A stretch of 64,000 nt of DNA, from contig JBBQEI010000002.1 in NCBI GenBank assembly GCA_038320545.1, positions 59,185 to 123,184 on the forward strand, in the 5' to 3' direction. Each line of letters begins with the position of its first letter. The stretch's first letter is position 1. The position numbers were made by a program, and so were the translations under genes. The notes beneath the pieces are model-generated. The model made no database searches, was not told the origin of the DNA, and was given only the letters and a program-made list of their open reading frames with translations. Of this stretch, positions 28,784-37,682 are shown one piece after another. The DNA comes from Bacteroidales bacterium (lineage in GTDB: Bacteria > Bacteroidota > Bacteroidia > Bacteroidales > JAAUTT01).

Positions 28784-29005
28784 TTAAATAGTAGTTTTTA
28801 AACTGTCTTGCTTGAATGTTCCCGACTCTAGTTTGTTATCGTTAAACCATTGACAAACAACGTCACCTTCGGCAAATCCCTGGGTTTTTAAAAATTCGTC
28901 AGCAGCCTTGATCATAAAATTAGAATCAGAGCCTATTATTCTCTGCACAGTCATTTGTGGGCCACCTGATTTTAGCTGAACTATATCTCCGATATTAAAT
29001 TTCAT
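28784..29005 (-). CDS. DUF2158 (YodC-like) small protein
   Basis: 73 aa. MKFNIGDIVQLKSGGPQMTV matches the DUF2158 N-terminal pattern as I recall it. Confidence 0.6.
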   Translation of the reverse strand: MKFNIGDIVQLKSGGPQMTVQRIIGSDSNFMIKAADEFLKTQGFAEGDVVCQWFNDNKLESGTFKQDSLKTTI

Positions 29006-29119
29006 GTGATTAAGTTTTAAGTTAATGAATGATCATTATTATTTCATGTAAATATAAATAAACAAACAATAACTGAAGCAGTTCATGAAGATTGATTACA
29101 TATGGTTTGGGATTTATGC

Positions 29120-29148
29120 AAAAAAAAAGTCCCGCTATTTGCGGGACT
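29120..29148 (-). terminator. rho-independent terminator of the cold-shock gene
   Basis: On the minus strand, gtcccgc-aaata-gcgggac is followed by tttttttt. Confidence 0.8.
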
Positions 29149-29178
29149 CAAAATTTTAAATGTTATATGATAAATAGA

Positions 29179-29370
29179 CTAAACTAGTCTAACATTACAA
29201 GCATTTAATCCTTTTCTACCATCTTCAAGATCAAAAGTAACTTCATCATTTTCTCTGATTTCATCTTTTAAACCTGAAACATGAACAAAATATTCTGTTC
29301 CTGATGCTGCGTCTTTAATGAATCCAAATCCTTTTGAATCATTAAAAAATTTTACTGTACCGTTATTCAT
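29179..29370 (-). CDS. cold-shock protein (CspA family)
   Basis: 63 aa. GTVKFFNDSKGFGFI (RNP1) and YFVHVSG (RNP2). Confidence 0.95.
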   Translation of the reverse strand: MNNGTVKFFNDSKGFGFIKDAASGTEYFVHVSGLKDEIRENDEVTFDLEDGRKGLNACNVRLV

Positions 29371-29501
29371 AATGTGTTTTTAATGTATGGTGTAAATGTA
29401 CAGCTAATTAATTGATATTTCAATTATAAAATAGCATTAAATTTTATTTTTTAAGAATTCAGGGGAATTATCAATTTATTGTCGTTCGGTAAATATTCAT
29501 T

Positions 29502-31049
29502 TTAATACTTATTGAGGTTTAACCAGGAACCGTTTTCTTCATAGTTTTCGACAACCAGGGATGTATTTTTAAATGCATAAGTGCTTATGGTTGCTGTAAT
29601 TTCTTGTTTAAGTGTGGTGAGGGCCCCGCTGATCAAATCGTTCCTGAAACCTTTGCCACTCAACTTAATCACATAATTCATCGAAACAATGCGGCTGATC
29701 ACATTTCCTAATTCCACCAGTTTGCGCTGTGACATTTGCACATAAATATCGAAGTTCAACTGTTCTTTGAGATATTCTGTTGCCCTGGCTGTTAGATTAT
29801 AATTATCTAGAAATCTAAGAAAATTACTCTCTTTCGCAATTCTCATTAATTTAAGGAATGCTTCTGAAATTTGAGCATAAAGTATATCATTTGAACCTTC
29901 AAAAATTTGAAACGGGCGGCTATCTACAACCGATCGTCCCGCAATATGGTTAAGTTTATATCCTTCTGCTCCTGTGAGCTGCAAAAGAGATTGCGATGCT
30001 TCATGCATCAGATCGGAAGTGACACTTTTAATTATATTTGCTTCTAAATCATAGCGCACCAAATCATTTTTTATATCTGCAATTTCGCTGCTTCTGCTGC
30101 AAAAAGCCGAACATATAGTGTAACTCGACTGAAGACGGCTAAGACGCTGTTGCACCTGATCGTAATTTAAAAGGTTTTTTCCGCCAACTTTCCGATTTTG
30201 TGCATGTAATATGGCTTCATCCAGCATCCGTTTTATAAATCCAAGTCCAATTCCGGGAAAATATATACGGCTGCGATGTATCATGTCAATCATCATGTGA
30301 ATTCCGGTAGTATTTGGTTGAAGCCGCTGTGAACCTGGTACGGTTAAATCAATTCGATTCCTTCCATAAGGAATCATATACAAGCCGAGATTTTCAAAAT
30401 ACTCTTCCACTTCAATGTTTTGATTGGCACCGTTTACATCACAAATGAAAAAGTCAATATCGCGTTTCAAATTGCCATCGGGCATGCGTTGGCGGGCTGT
30501 GATAAGCCAATAATCTGCCAATCCTGTTAATCCGCCCCAATGTTTTGTCCCTTTGATATGATAATGTTCATTCTGCTTCACATAATATGTTTGCATATTT
30601 AGTGCATCACTGCCATGGTTCGGCTCGGTGATCATCAGGCCTCCCATGTTCTTGTTATTCAGGAATCGTTTAAAAATGGGCGCTTTTACACTTTCTTGTC
30701 CGTACTTGGCTACCGGCTGAAGAAATAAGGAGCTGTTTATTCCCAATGTTAATGAAAGTCCGAGTGATTCATAAGATGCTGCTGATAGCATGGCCAATGT
30801 CTCGTGAACATGACCTCCTCGTCCGCCATATTGTTCAGGTATGCTTACCGATAATGGATTGCACAACATAATTTTGTTCATTGCGGAAGCTGGTAGTCCA
30901 CGTTGAACACTTATTGAATCTTCGTTTTCGGAAACATTAAAAACCTGTTTTATTTTAGTTTTAAAGTTGTCCAGGAAGTGAAAGAATGAATCAGTTTTAG
31001 AAGATTCTTTAGTTTTTTGCTGAGGATATATATCTTGCATTGATTTCAT
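29502..31049 (-). CDS. acyl-CoA dehydrogenase family protein
   Basis: 515 aa. MITEPNHGSDA, the central beta-domain and the C-terminal IFEGSNDI segment are ACAD-like. It is longer than classical ACADs. Confidence 0.75.
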   Translation of the reverse strand: MKSMQDIYPQQKTKESSKTDSFFHFLDNFKTKIKQVFNVSENEDSISVQRGLPASAMNKIMLCNPLSVSIPEQYGGRGGHVHETLAMLSAASYESLGLSLTLGINSSLFLQPVAKYGQESVKAPIFKRFLNNKNMGGLMITEPNHGSDALNMQTYYVKQNEHYHIKGTKHWGGLTGLADYWLITARQRMPDGNLKRDIDFFICDVNGANQNIEVEEYFENLGLYMIPYGRNRIDLTVPGSQRLQPNTTGIHMMIDMIHRSRIYFPGIGLGFIKRMLDEAILHAQNRKVGGKNLLNYDQVQQRLSRLQSSYTICSAFCSRSSEIADIKNDLVRYDLEANIIKSVTSDLMHEASQSLLQLTGAEGYKLNHIAGRSVVDSRPFQIFEGSNDILYAQISEAFLKLMRIAKESNFLRFLDNYNLTARATEYLKEQLNFDIYVQMSQRKLVELGNVISRIVSMNYVIKLSGKGFRNDLISGALTTLKQEITATISTYAFKNTSLVVENYEENGSWLNLNKY

Positions 31050-31126
31050 TACATTTTAAGTTAAGGATATATAACATTATATCAGTAAGTTTTGTTTATT
31101 TGAAAAAACCTTACATTAACATTAAA

Positions 31127-31230
31127 AACAAGTAACAAGTATAAAGTATGAAGTAAGCAAAAACCCGAAACCCGAAATATTTCTAACTTCAATAACTTCA
31201 ATAACTTACTCCCTATAGCAATCGGGAGTA
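31127..31230 (+). repeat. mosaic of short tandem repeats (7-mer, 7-mer, 9-mer) plus a hairpin, 3' of nhaD
   Basis: aacaagt aacaagt ataaagt atgaagt (31127-31154). acccgaa x2 (31163-31176). aacttcaat x2.6 (31185-31208). Hairpin tactccc...gggagta (31207-31230). Confidence 0.8.
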
Positions 31231-32496
31231 CTATATTAAAATATACACCAGCGCCCCACCAAAGTATCCCAACAAGGCAAGTAATGAAATATGCTTTACG
31301 TACCAGATAAAGTTTATTTTTTCCATACCCATAGCAGCAACGCCGGCAGCAGAACCAATAATTAATGCACTGCCTCCTGTTCCGGTGCAGTAAGCCATAA
31401 AAATCCAGAGGCTATGATCGGTCGGGAAAGTTGATAAATCGAACATTCCCTGTGCGGCAGCTACCAGGGGAACATTGTCGATGATTGCCGAAAAAAGTCC
31501 GATGCTAATATTCATCAAATAATCTCCCGGAAGGGCTTGTTGAATATAACCCGCCAAAGCAACCAAAACCCCGGTTACTTGTAAAGCTGCAATACTCATC
31601 AGAATTCCGGCAAAAAACAATATACTGGGTAAATCTATTTTTTTTATAGCATAGGCAACAGTAAAGTTGTTTCTAACATTTTCATGTTTATTTCTGTGTA
31701 TTACTTCTATTACAATCCAAAAAATGCCGAGCCCAAGTAGCATCCCCATAAACGGAGGTAAATGGGTTAATGTTTTAAACACGGGAACCATTGCAAGCAA
31801 ACTGATTCCGAGGAAAAAAATAAAATTTCTCTCATATATTGACGATCCCTGATGTTCTTGAGCTTTAATAAAATGAGGTTGAAAAGCCATTTTACGTATT
31901 TTGAAAGTTGAGTATAATAAAGGAATCAGCAGGCATACCAAACTGGGAATAAATAAAGCTGAAATAACTTTGGTTGCCGAAATCTGGCCTCCAATCCATA
32001 ACATTGTAGTAGTTATATCTCCTATTGGCGACCAGGCTCCTCCTGCATTTGCAGCAATAATTACCAGACCGGTAAAATATAGCCTGATTTTTTGGTCAGG
32101 GACAAGCTTCCGCAACAGCGTAATCATAACAATGGTAGTAGTTAAATTATCGAGAAGGGCCGATAGAAAAAAGGCTAACAGTGATACAATCCAAAGTAAT
32201 CTAACAGGATTACGTGTCTTTATTTTCTTTACAATAACTTCAAAACCTTCGTGAGCATCTATTAATTCGACTATTGCCATTGCTCCCATTAAAAACAAAA
32301 GTATTTCTGCTATTTCTCCCAGATGTGAAAGCAATTCTTCATTCGTGTGAAGAATATCAGGAGATGAATGTGCTATAATAGCCCATGTTATAACACCTCC
32401 AATTAATGCAGGACCTGTTTTATTAATTTTTAAAGGGTGTTCAAGAACGATGAGGATATATGATATAACAAAAACTGCAATAATGTATAATTCCAT
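31231..32496 (-). CDS. nhaD: NhaD/ArsB-superfamily Na+/H+ antiporter
   Basis: 421 aa polytopic membrane protein. The segments FFLSALLDNLTTT and SAIIDNVPLVAA are typical of NhaD-type antiporters. Confidence 0.75.
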   Translation of the reverse strand: MELYIIAVFVISYILIVLEHPLKINKTGPALIGGVITWAIIAHSSPDILHTNEELLSHLGEIAEILLFLMGAMAIVELIDAHEGFEVIVKKIKTRNPVRLLWIVSLLAFFLSALLDNLTTTIVMITLLRKLVPDQKIRLYFTGLVIIAANAGGAWSPIGDITTTMLWIGGQISATKVISALFIPSLVCLLIPLLYSTFKIRKMAFQPHFIKAQEHQGSSIYERNFIFFLGISLLAMVPVFKTLTHLPPFMGMLLGLGIFWIVIEVIHRNKHENVRNNFTVAYAIKKIDLPSILFFAGILMSIAALQVTGVLVALAGYIQQALPGDYLMNISIGLFSAIIDNVPLVAAAQGMFDLSTFPTDHSLWIFMAYCTGTGGSALIIGSAAGVAAMGMEKINFIWYVKHISLLALLGYFGGALVYILI

Positions 32497-32549
32497 AGCA
32501 TCTTATTTTAAACAAAAAAAATGCTTAATATCGTTTAAGCTCTTTTATA

Positions 32550-32557
32550 CAAATATA
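32550..32557 (-). promoter_or_regulatory. -7 box TATATTTG (minus strand) for nhaD
   Basis: Plus strand caaatata is TATATTTG on the minus strand, about 55 nt upstream of the ATG at 32496. Confidence 0.4.
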
Positions 32558-33136
32558 GTTTTTGATGATTTAACTTATGCTAACAAAAGGTTAAAATCGG
32601 ATGAACAATTCTTAATATAACGTCAAGTTCGACTTATTATATGAAGTTAATGAATAAATTTACCTCTAATGATTTGTAGAACCAAGGATTTCTCAATGCA
32701 ATTGAGCAAATTGCGAATGAAACCTGTTTTTTAAGCTCCAGAGGAGCGTCATATTGGTAGCCACGGGTTTTAACCCCGTTGTAAAAAGTTGAAATCATAT
32801 AATTTAAGCCGGACCACAATGGCCAATAGAAATGTATGTCCATTCCGGCGCAATAACGAAATGATATAAGTAAGTTTATTTGTTCTCCGTAGTTTGCAGT
32901 AAAGATTGATCGGGCGTTCGGCGTAACATTCGTCGGATTATTTATGGTAGCATCTGCTACCATTTTCCTATTCGGCTTTGGCTGTGCCTAAGTTGGCTAT
33001 ATCATGGCAGGCTCTTGCCTGGTTGCATTAAAAACCTTTACTGTTAACAAATTATTTAAATGCAGACAGCAGCCTGCTAAGATAGATACGACGGAGGGAT
33101 TAAGATAGAAGTAAGATTTTTATGGTATTAAAAATT

Positions 33137-34249
33137 TTAACGGTTTTTAAATTCTATATCTACCAACATGATCTCCGATTTTCCTGCTGTTTTTACAGGG
33201 GGACCCCATAAACGTAATCCGCTGGTAACGAAAAAGTGAGTATTCTTTATCTTTTTGTATCCCCAACTGAGTTCATACATTCTTTTCAGAAAAAAGTTGA
33301 GCGGAAACATTTGTCCATTGTGAGTATGTCCCGAAAACTGAACATTAGCCGGGGTGCGACTTGCTTCCTGCAATTGAGTGGGACGGTGGTCCAGCAGCAA
33401 TACCGGCAGGTCGCTTGTGTTTCCCACGATTTCGTTTACAGTTTTTCTATCTTCCACCATGTCATCCACTCTTCCTGCCAGATAAAAAGATTGTTCAATT
33501 TTTATCATTTCATCACGAATCAATACTGCACCTGTTTTCACATAAAAGCTGCCGGGATTGGCCGATCCGTAATATTCATGATTTCCATTAATGCCATACG
33601 CCCCGTATTTTGTTCCGATACTCTTCAGGGCATTGATTATTGCCGGATTAATATTCTGATCAGCTCTGCCTTCTACAAAATCGCCACCATAAAGCAAAAT
33701 ATCCGGGTTTATTTCTTTAATCTTTCGAACATATTGATTAACATATTTCAGCTTAGTGTTCCTATCAATATGGAAATCGGCGACAAAAGCTACCCGTAAG
33801 TTCTCAATATTAGAATTTCTTCGTGGAACTTCGATCCGGTATTCCGAAATTTGTATGGTATTTATGTTGATGGCTCCACCCACAACCACCAATATCGATA
33901 AAATAATGATGGAAGAAAGAGTGTATAACCTGTATTTGAAATTATTCCTCTTTTCTTTTGAAAGTAGTTTAAAGAAAAAATTGATTAGCAGAAAAAAATC
34001 GTACAATAGTACTGCCAGAAAGATATATAAAAACAATGGGATCAGGTAACCGGATGCCAGTATTATTATCTGCCTTATTCCAGCCAATTCAACATGTGTA
34101 AACCTCGCTATTGGAGCGATCGCGACTATTAAAAGATAGATAAACGTATACCAAGCCCGGTATCCTTTATTTATGAATAAATTACGTACTCTGAAATAAA
34201 TATAAACCGCAGGGATAAAATAACCCAGCGTAATATACAATTGAAACAT
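33137..34249 (-). CDS. membrane-anchored metallophosphoesterase (YkuE-like)
   Basis: 370 aa. N-terminal TM helices are followed by the calcineurin-like motifs VADFHID, GGDFVEG, GNHEYY and GHTHNGQ. Confidence 0.85.
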   Translation of the reverse strand: MFQLYITLGYFIPAVYIYFRVRNLFINKGYRAWYTFIYLLIVAIAPIARFTHVELAGIRQIIILASGYLIPLFLYIFLAVLLYDFFLLINFFFKLLSKEKRNNFKYRLYTLSSIIILSILVVVGGAININTIQISEYRIEVPRRNSNIENLRVAFVADFHIDRNTKLKYVNQYVRKIKEINPDILLYGGDFVEGRADQNINPAIINALKSIGTKYGAYGINGNHEYYGSANPGSFYVKTGAVLIRDEMIKIEQSFYLAGRVDDMVEDRKTVNEIVGNTSDLPVLLLDHRPTQLQEASRTPANVQFSGHTHNGQMFPLNFFLKRMYELSWGYKKIKNTHFFVTSGLRLWGPPVKTAGKSEIMLVDIEFKNR

Positions 34250-34472
34250 CGGTTAAGTTTTAACAAACTGCAAGATACAGAAATTAGCCGAAAGTAGTAC
34301 GGGTAAGAAGTGAAGGAGATTGTTAATTTAGTTTTTACACTTAATCTGTTGAATATTGAAAATGATGCAGATGAAATATTTCAGGAGTTTTCAAACAGAT
34401 CGGATAAAAGCTAAGTTTTCTCTGACTCACTTCAACATGTTCTAGCCTGTTCCTACCAAAGAAAATAGATCC

Positions 34473-36034
34473 TTATTTAAATCCTGCATTGCGAATTGCA
34501 TTGTTCATTTGTATTTGTTGATTTTGAACCATTTTTTGTTGAAACATAAAATCGAAATTATTGTAATAATAGTTAGTTCTGTAATTCGAAAATCCTTCCA
34601 GGTTGAAGTTAACAGGTATAACAATTTCCTGAAAAACATTTTTTTCTTTATTCCTGGCTTGTGAAAACAACTTTTCAGTTCGCGCCTTATTAAAAGTTTC
34701 TAATACTAATTCATCAATTTCTTTACTTAAACCTTTTACAATTTTGCAATCTGATAAAAATCCTGATGGATTAATTATGCATTTCACCAATACTGTGCCA
34801 TGTTCAAAATTAATCAACGATTTTACCGGATAAGCTTCCGGTTTAATTTTTATTCCCTGAGGTGTTGAATTGACATCAGCAATCAGAAATATTTTTCTGT
34901 TTAAGGTATCCAGATAATATGCATTTTTTAGCAAGTTGTTATTATATAAAAAATAAACTTTTCTCATGTATACAGAATCAAAATAAATTTCGGAGCCAAA
35001 ATTTGAAGAGTTTATTTTGTTTCCCGTTGAATCGTAAATCTGATTGTAAATGAAGTTTTCGTTTCGTAAGCTCAGATCGTAATGTAATTGTCTGTACTTA
35101 TGAAATATCTGAATGTTCAGAGTTTTATTGTTTTTGTAAAGAATGGTTTTTCTAACTTCTCCATTCTCATAAAACCATATAAAAAGTCCAGTTTTTTTAT
35201 GAGGATAAAAAGAAGTATAATTACCTTCAAATAGAGGTGTTCCATTCCGTGAATAGTATTTCATTCTGAAAAGAGAATCCTCTATGGATATTATTTCGCT
35301 GTAATACTCTGCAGAAAGGCTATCATCAATTTCATCCCAATACGAATTAAAGTTTATTCTTTTCTTTTGATCATAATATAGTTTATACTTATAAAGCTTG
35401 ATTATAGAGGGCAGATCATAATAGGTATATTTCCGCGATTTTATCTGATCAATTAATGAATTGAAATTACTAAAAAGCTCAATGGCGGTTTTTTCAAATT
35501 TTTTATTTCCCTCTGGAAAAGAATTAACACGTAAAGAAGTATCGCTTTTATACATGTATATTATTTTGTCGGGCGTATCAAACCTGTAAAATGTAAGACC
35601 CTGCATCTGATCAATTACTTCAACGGGTATTTTATTATTATCGGAAAATGTTATGGTATTTGGAATTATAGCAAATGAGTCTTTACAAATGACAATTCCT
35701 TTGCATATCTCTGGATCTATTTTTCTTTGCTTCGATTCAAGCTTATCTTTGAAATATATTGTTCACCAGCTACTTTAATAAAACCTTTGATTCGCCTGTT
35801 ATTTATGTCATAATAATATCCTGGAGAATAATCCCTTTTCACTATCTTTTTAACTTCAATCGGTTTTTCAGGCGAATAATCGAAATCATAATAATCGTAA
35901 AAACGCTGACCTTTGTTATCCAATAAAAAACCAATGTTATTGCTGGTTTGGGCAAAACATAAAATATGGAATACTGATAAAAGCAGGAAAGTTAGTAAAT
36001 GTTTCATTGGTAGTTTAGGTTGTTGTATTTTCAA
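34473..36034 (-). pseudogene. frameshifted gene for a secreted repeat protein with a TonB-C-like C-terminal domain
   Basis: ORF 35717..36034 supplies the signal peptide (MKHLLTFLLLSVFHILCFAQ) and stops at TAG 35717-35719. The frame of ORF 34473..35606 is open upstream to a TGA at 35763-35765, so the two frames overlap over 35720-35762. One indel there fuses them. The C-terminal GTVLVKCIINPSGFLSDCKIVKG is TonB-C-like. Confidence 0.6.
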
Positions 36035-36160
36035 ATATATTAAATATACATTACCAAAATATCTTTATGCTATTTTTTTAAAAGCAGCACTATTCGTAAC
36101 AAGTGTTACAAACATGCAAGTAAGGTCAGCAAATTTTTATAATTAAGCAGCTTAATTGAT

Positions 36161-36343
36161 CTATTTCTCTTTTACGCTTAACACTGTCGTTTGGGTTGAA
36201 TCGCTGTCGAGAGATATTACCTGGTTATTACAGTTAGTAAAATAAACATACCTGTAATTGTCCATAAAACGGTAAACTTTACAACCATCGTGTTCAAACA
36301 GATATTTGATTATTGAAGATGACCAGAACATTATTTCATTCAT
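36161..36343 (-). CDS. small hypothetical protein
   Basis: 60-aa ORF only, with no recognisable family. Weak resemblance (VYRFMDNYRYVYF) to a segment of the neighbouring frameshifted gene. Confidence 0.3.
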   Translation of the reverse strand: MNEIMFWSSSIIKYLFEHDGCKVYRFMDNYRYVYFTNCNNQVISLDSDSTQTTVLSVKEK

Positions 36344-36487
36344 CCTGTTGTATTTAAATAAGTATATCTGGCCGTTAGGATTTTACATGTTTGTAGTTTG
36401 GCAAACTGCCTGGGCGCCATTTATTTATTAAGATTATAAAGTATTTGTTATTCAGGTTATGTCAGTCCAACCATTTAATATTAAATT

Positions 36488-36691
36488 ATGAGAATTGTAA
36501 AAATTATCGAAGTAATTGCAACATCAGAACAAAGTTTTGACGATGCAACCAGGCGAGCCGTAGAGCAAGCATCAAAAACCATTAAGAATATCAAGTCTAT
36601 TTGGGTACAGGAAATGAAAGGAAAGGTTGAAAACAACAAAATTGTTTCCTTTGGTGTTAATGCGAAAATATCTTTTGAAGTAGAGGATTAA
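36488..36691 (+). CDS. dodecin-family flavin-binding protein
   Basis: 67 aa. KIIEVIATSEQSFDDATRRAVEQASKTIKNIKSIWVQE is the dodecin pattern. Confidence 0.8.
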   Translation: MRIVKIIEVIATSEQSFDDATRRAVEQASKTIKNIKSIWVQEMKGKVENNKIVSFGVNAKISFEVED

Positions 36692-36711
36692 TGTTGTAAT
36701 TGTTAAAATGC

Positions 36712-36749
36712 AAAAAGCCGGAAGCTCTGTTTGATTTTCCGGCTTTTTT
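36712..36749 (+). terminator. rho-independent terminator of the dodecin gene
   Basis: agccggaa (36716-36723) pairs with ttccggct (36737-36744), followed by tttttt. Confidence 0.75.
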
Positions 36750-36750
36750 G

Positions 36751-36834
36751 TGCCCAGGACGAGACTCGAACTCGTATGCTTTTTACGGCGCTACCCCCTC
36801 AAAGTAGTATGTCTACCAATTTCACCACCTGGGC
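36751..36834 (-). tRNA. tRNA-Leu (anticodon GAG), type II with long variable arm
   Basis: The reverse complement gcccaggtggtgaaattggtagacatactactttgagggggtagcgccgtaaaaagcatacgagttcgagtctcgtcctgggca folds as a cloverleaf. Acceptor stem is gcccagg/cctgggc. The anticodon loop is ttGAGgg on stem ctact/ggtag. The T-arm carries gttcgag. No CCA is encoded. Confidence 0.9.
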
Positions 36835-36895
36835 TTTTTTCAGGACGCAAATATATCATCCTAATTTCAATTTACAACTTTCTTTCTAAATTTTG

Positions 36896-36979
36896 TACCC
36901 GGAACAGGACTCGAACCTGCACACCCTTACGAGCACTAGTCCCTGAAACTAGCGTGTCTACCAATTCCACCATCCGGGC
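36896..36979 (-). tRNA. tRNA-Leu (anticodon CAG), type II with long variable arm
   Basis: The reverse complement is gcccggatggtggaattggtagacacgctagtttcagggactagtgctcgtaagggtgtgcaggttcgagtcctgttccgggta. The anticodon loop is ttCAGgg on stem ctagt/actag. The acceptor stem has G1 opposite U72. Confidence 0.88.
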
Positions 36980-36990
36980 AAAAAGGCCTG

Positions 36991-36998
36991 CAAATTTA
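36991..36998 (-). promoter_or_regulatory. -7 box TAAATTTG (minus strand) driving the tRNA-Leu pair
   Basis: Plus strand caaattta. The box ends 11 nt upstream of the mature 5' end of tRNA-Leu(CAG). Confidence 0.5.
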
Positions 36999-37104
36999 AA
37001 ATAAATTTCATTGAAAAGTATTTCAGAGCCTAAAAAAGAACAAGAATTATTTATTTGTCATATAAGGTAACAATATAATACTTTTATAAATGAGTTTTAA
37101 TATT

Positions 37105-37202
37105 GGCTTCGACTCCGGTCAGCCTGACAAACTGGTATTATTGTCACACTGAGCGGAGTCGAAGTGTGGATTAATTATTCAATTCCTAAACTTAACGACA
37201 TT
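37105..37202 (+). repeat. family-1 intergenic hairpin repeat, copy 2 (98 nt)
   Basis: Differs from 5649..5746 at 9 of 98 positions (counted by eye). Same hairpin, cttcgactccggtcag with ctgagcggagtcgaag, and the same tail. Confidence 0.85.
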
Positions 37203-37324
37203 GATATTTATACTCTTATTTCATCAAACTTGAACTCTGTTTTATTCGACACTTTGTTTTTATCTAACATTTTTATTTATCAGGTACTTTGTTCGTACAC
37301 CGTTATGTCATCAAAATAAATATT

Positions 37325-37549
37325 ATGAAAAATATAATAATAGTTCTTTCATTAATGTTTATAATACCAGTGTCTTCATGTAGTTCATCTAAGGATGTAG
37401 CGCAACGAAGAGCATTGATGATGCCGAAAACTTCTGAAGTTCCGAGGAATAAATCGAAATTCAGAGAGATTGATTACTCAAAACGGAAGAAGTATCAGGA
37501 GAAGAAAGCAAAAGAGAGGAGTCGGAGTAGTTCATCCGCAAGACGTTAG
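37325..37549 (+). CDS. small basic lipoprotein, hypothetical
   Basis: Start placed at ATG 37325 (MKNIIIVLSLMFIIPVSSC lipobox). The remainder is Lys/Arg/Ser-rich. Confidence 0.5.
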   Translation: MKNIIIVLSLMFIIPVSSCSSSKDVAQRRALMMPKTSEVPRNKSKFREIDYSKRKKYQEKKAKERSRSSSSARR

Positions 37550-37621
37550 TTATGTGTAATTTTAAAATTTTAAAAAATGACAGCTTTAATAATTTCTTTA
37601 ATTATAATTTACCTGAAAAAT

Positions 37622-37657
37622 AAAAAAGCGGGCCAAGTTAAAACCCAGCCCGTTTTG
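37622..37657. terminator. hairpin terminator between convergent genes
   Basis: aaaaaa-gcgggc...gcccgt-tttt, with an A-run on the left and a T-run on the right. Confidence 0.5.
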
Positions 37658-37682
37658 GTAAATAAAAATAATCAATAGCAGG

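Noticed and set aside
32637-32963. 108-aa ORF on the minus strand
   Set aside because: It has no signal, motif or start context, and it reads through a dispersed-repeat-like stretch (NGVKTRGYQYDAPLELKK). I treat the region as non-coding, though this could be revised if homologues exist.
36750-37004. 84-aa ORF on the plus strand
   Set aside because: It is antisense to the two tRNA-Leu genes.
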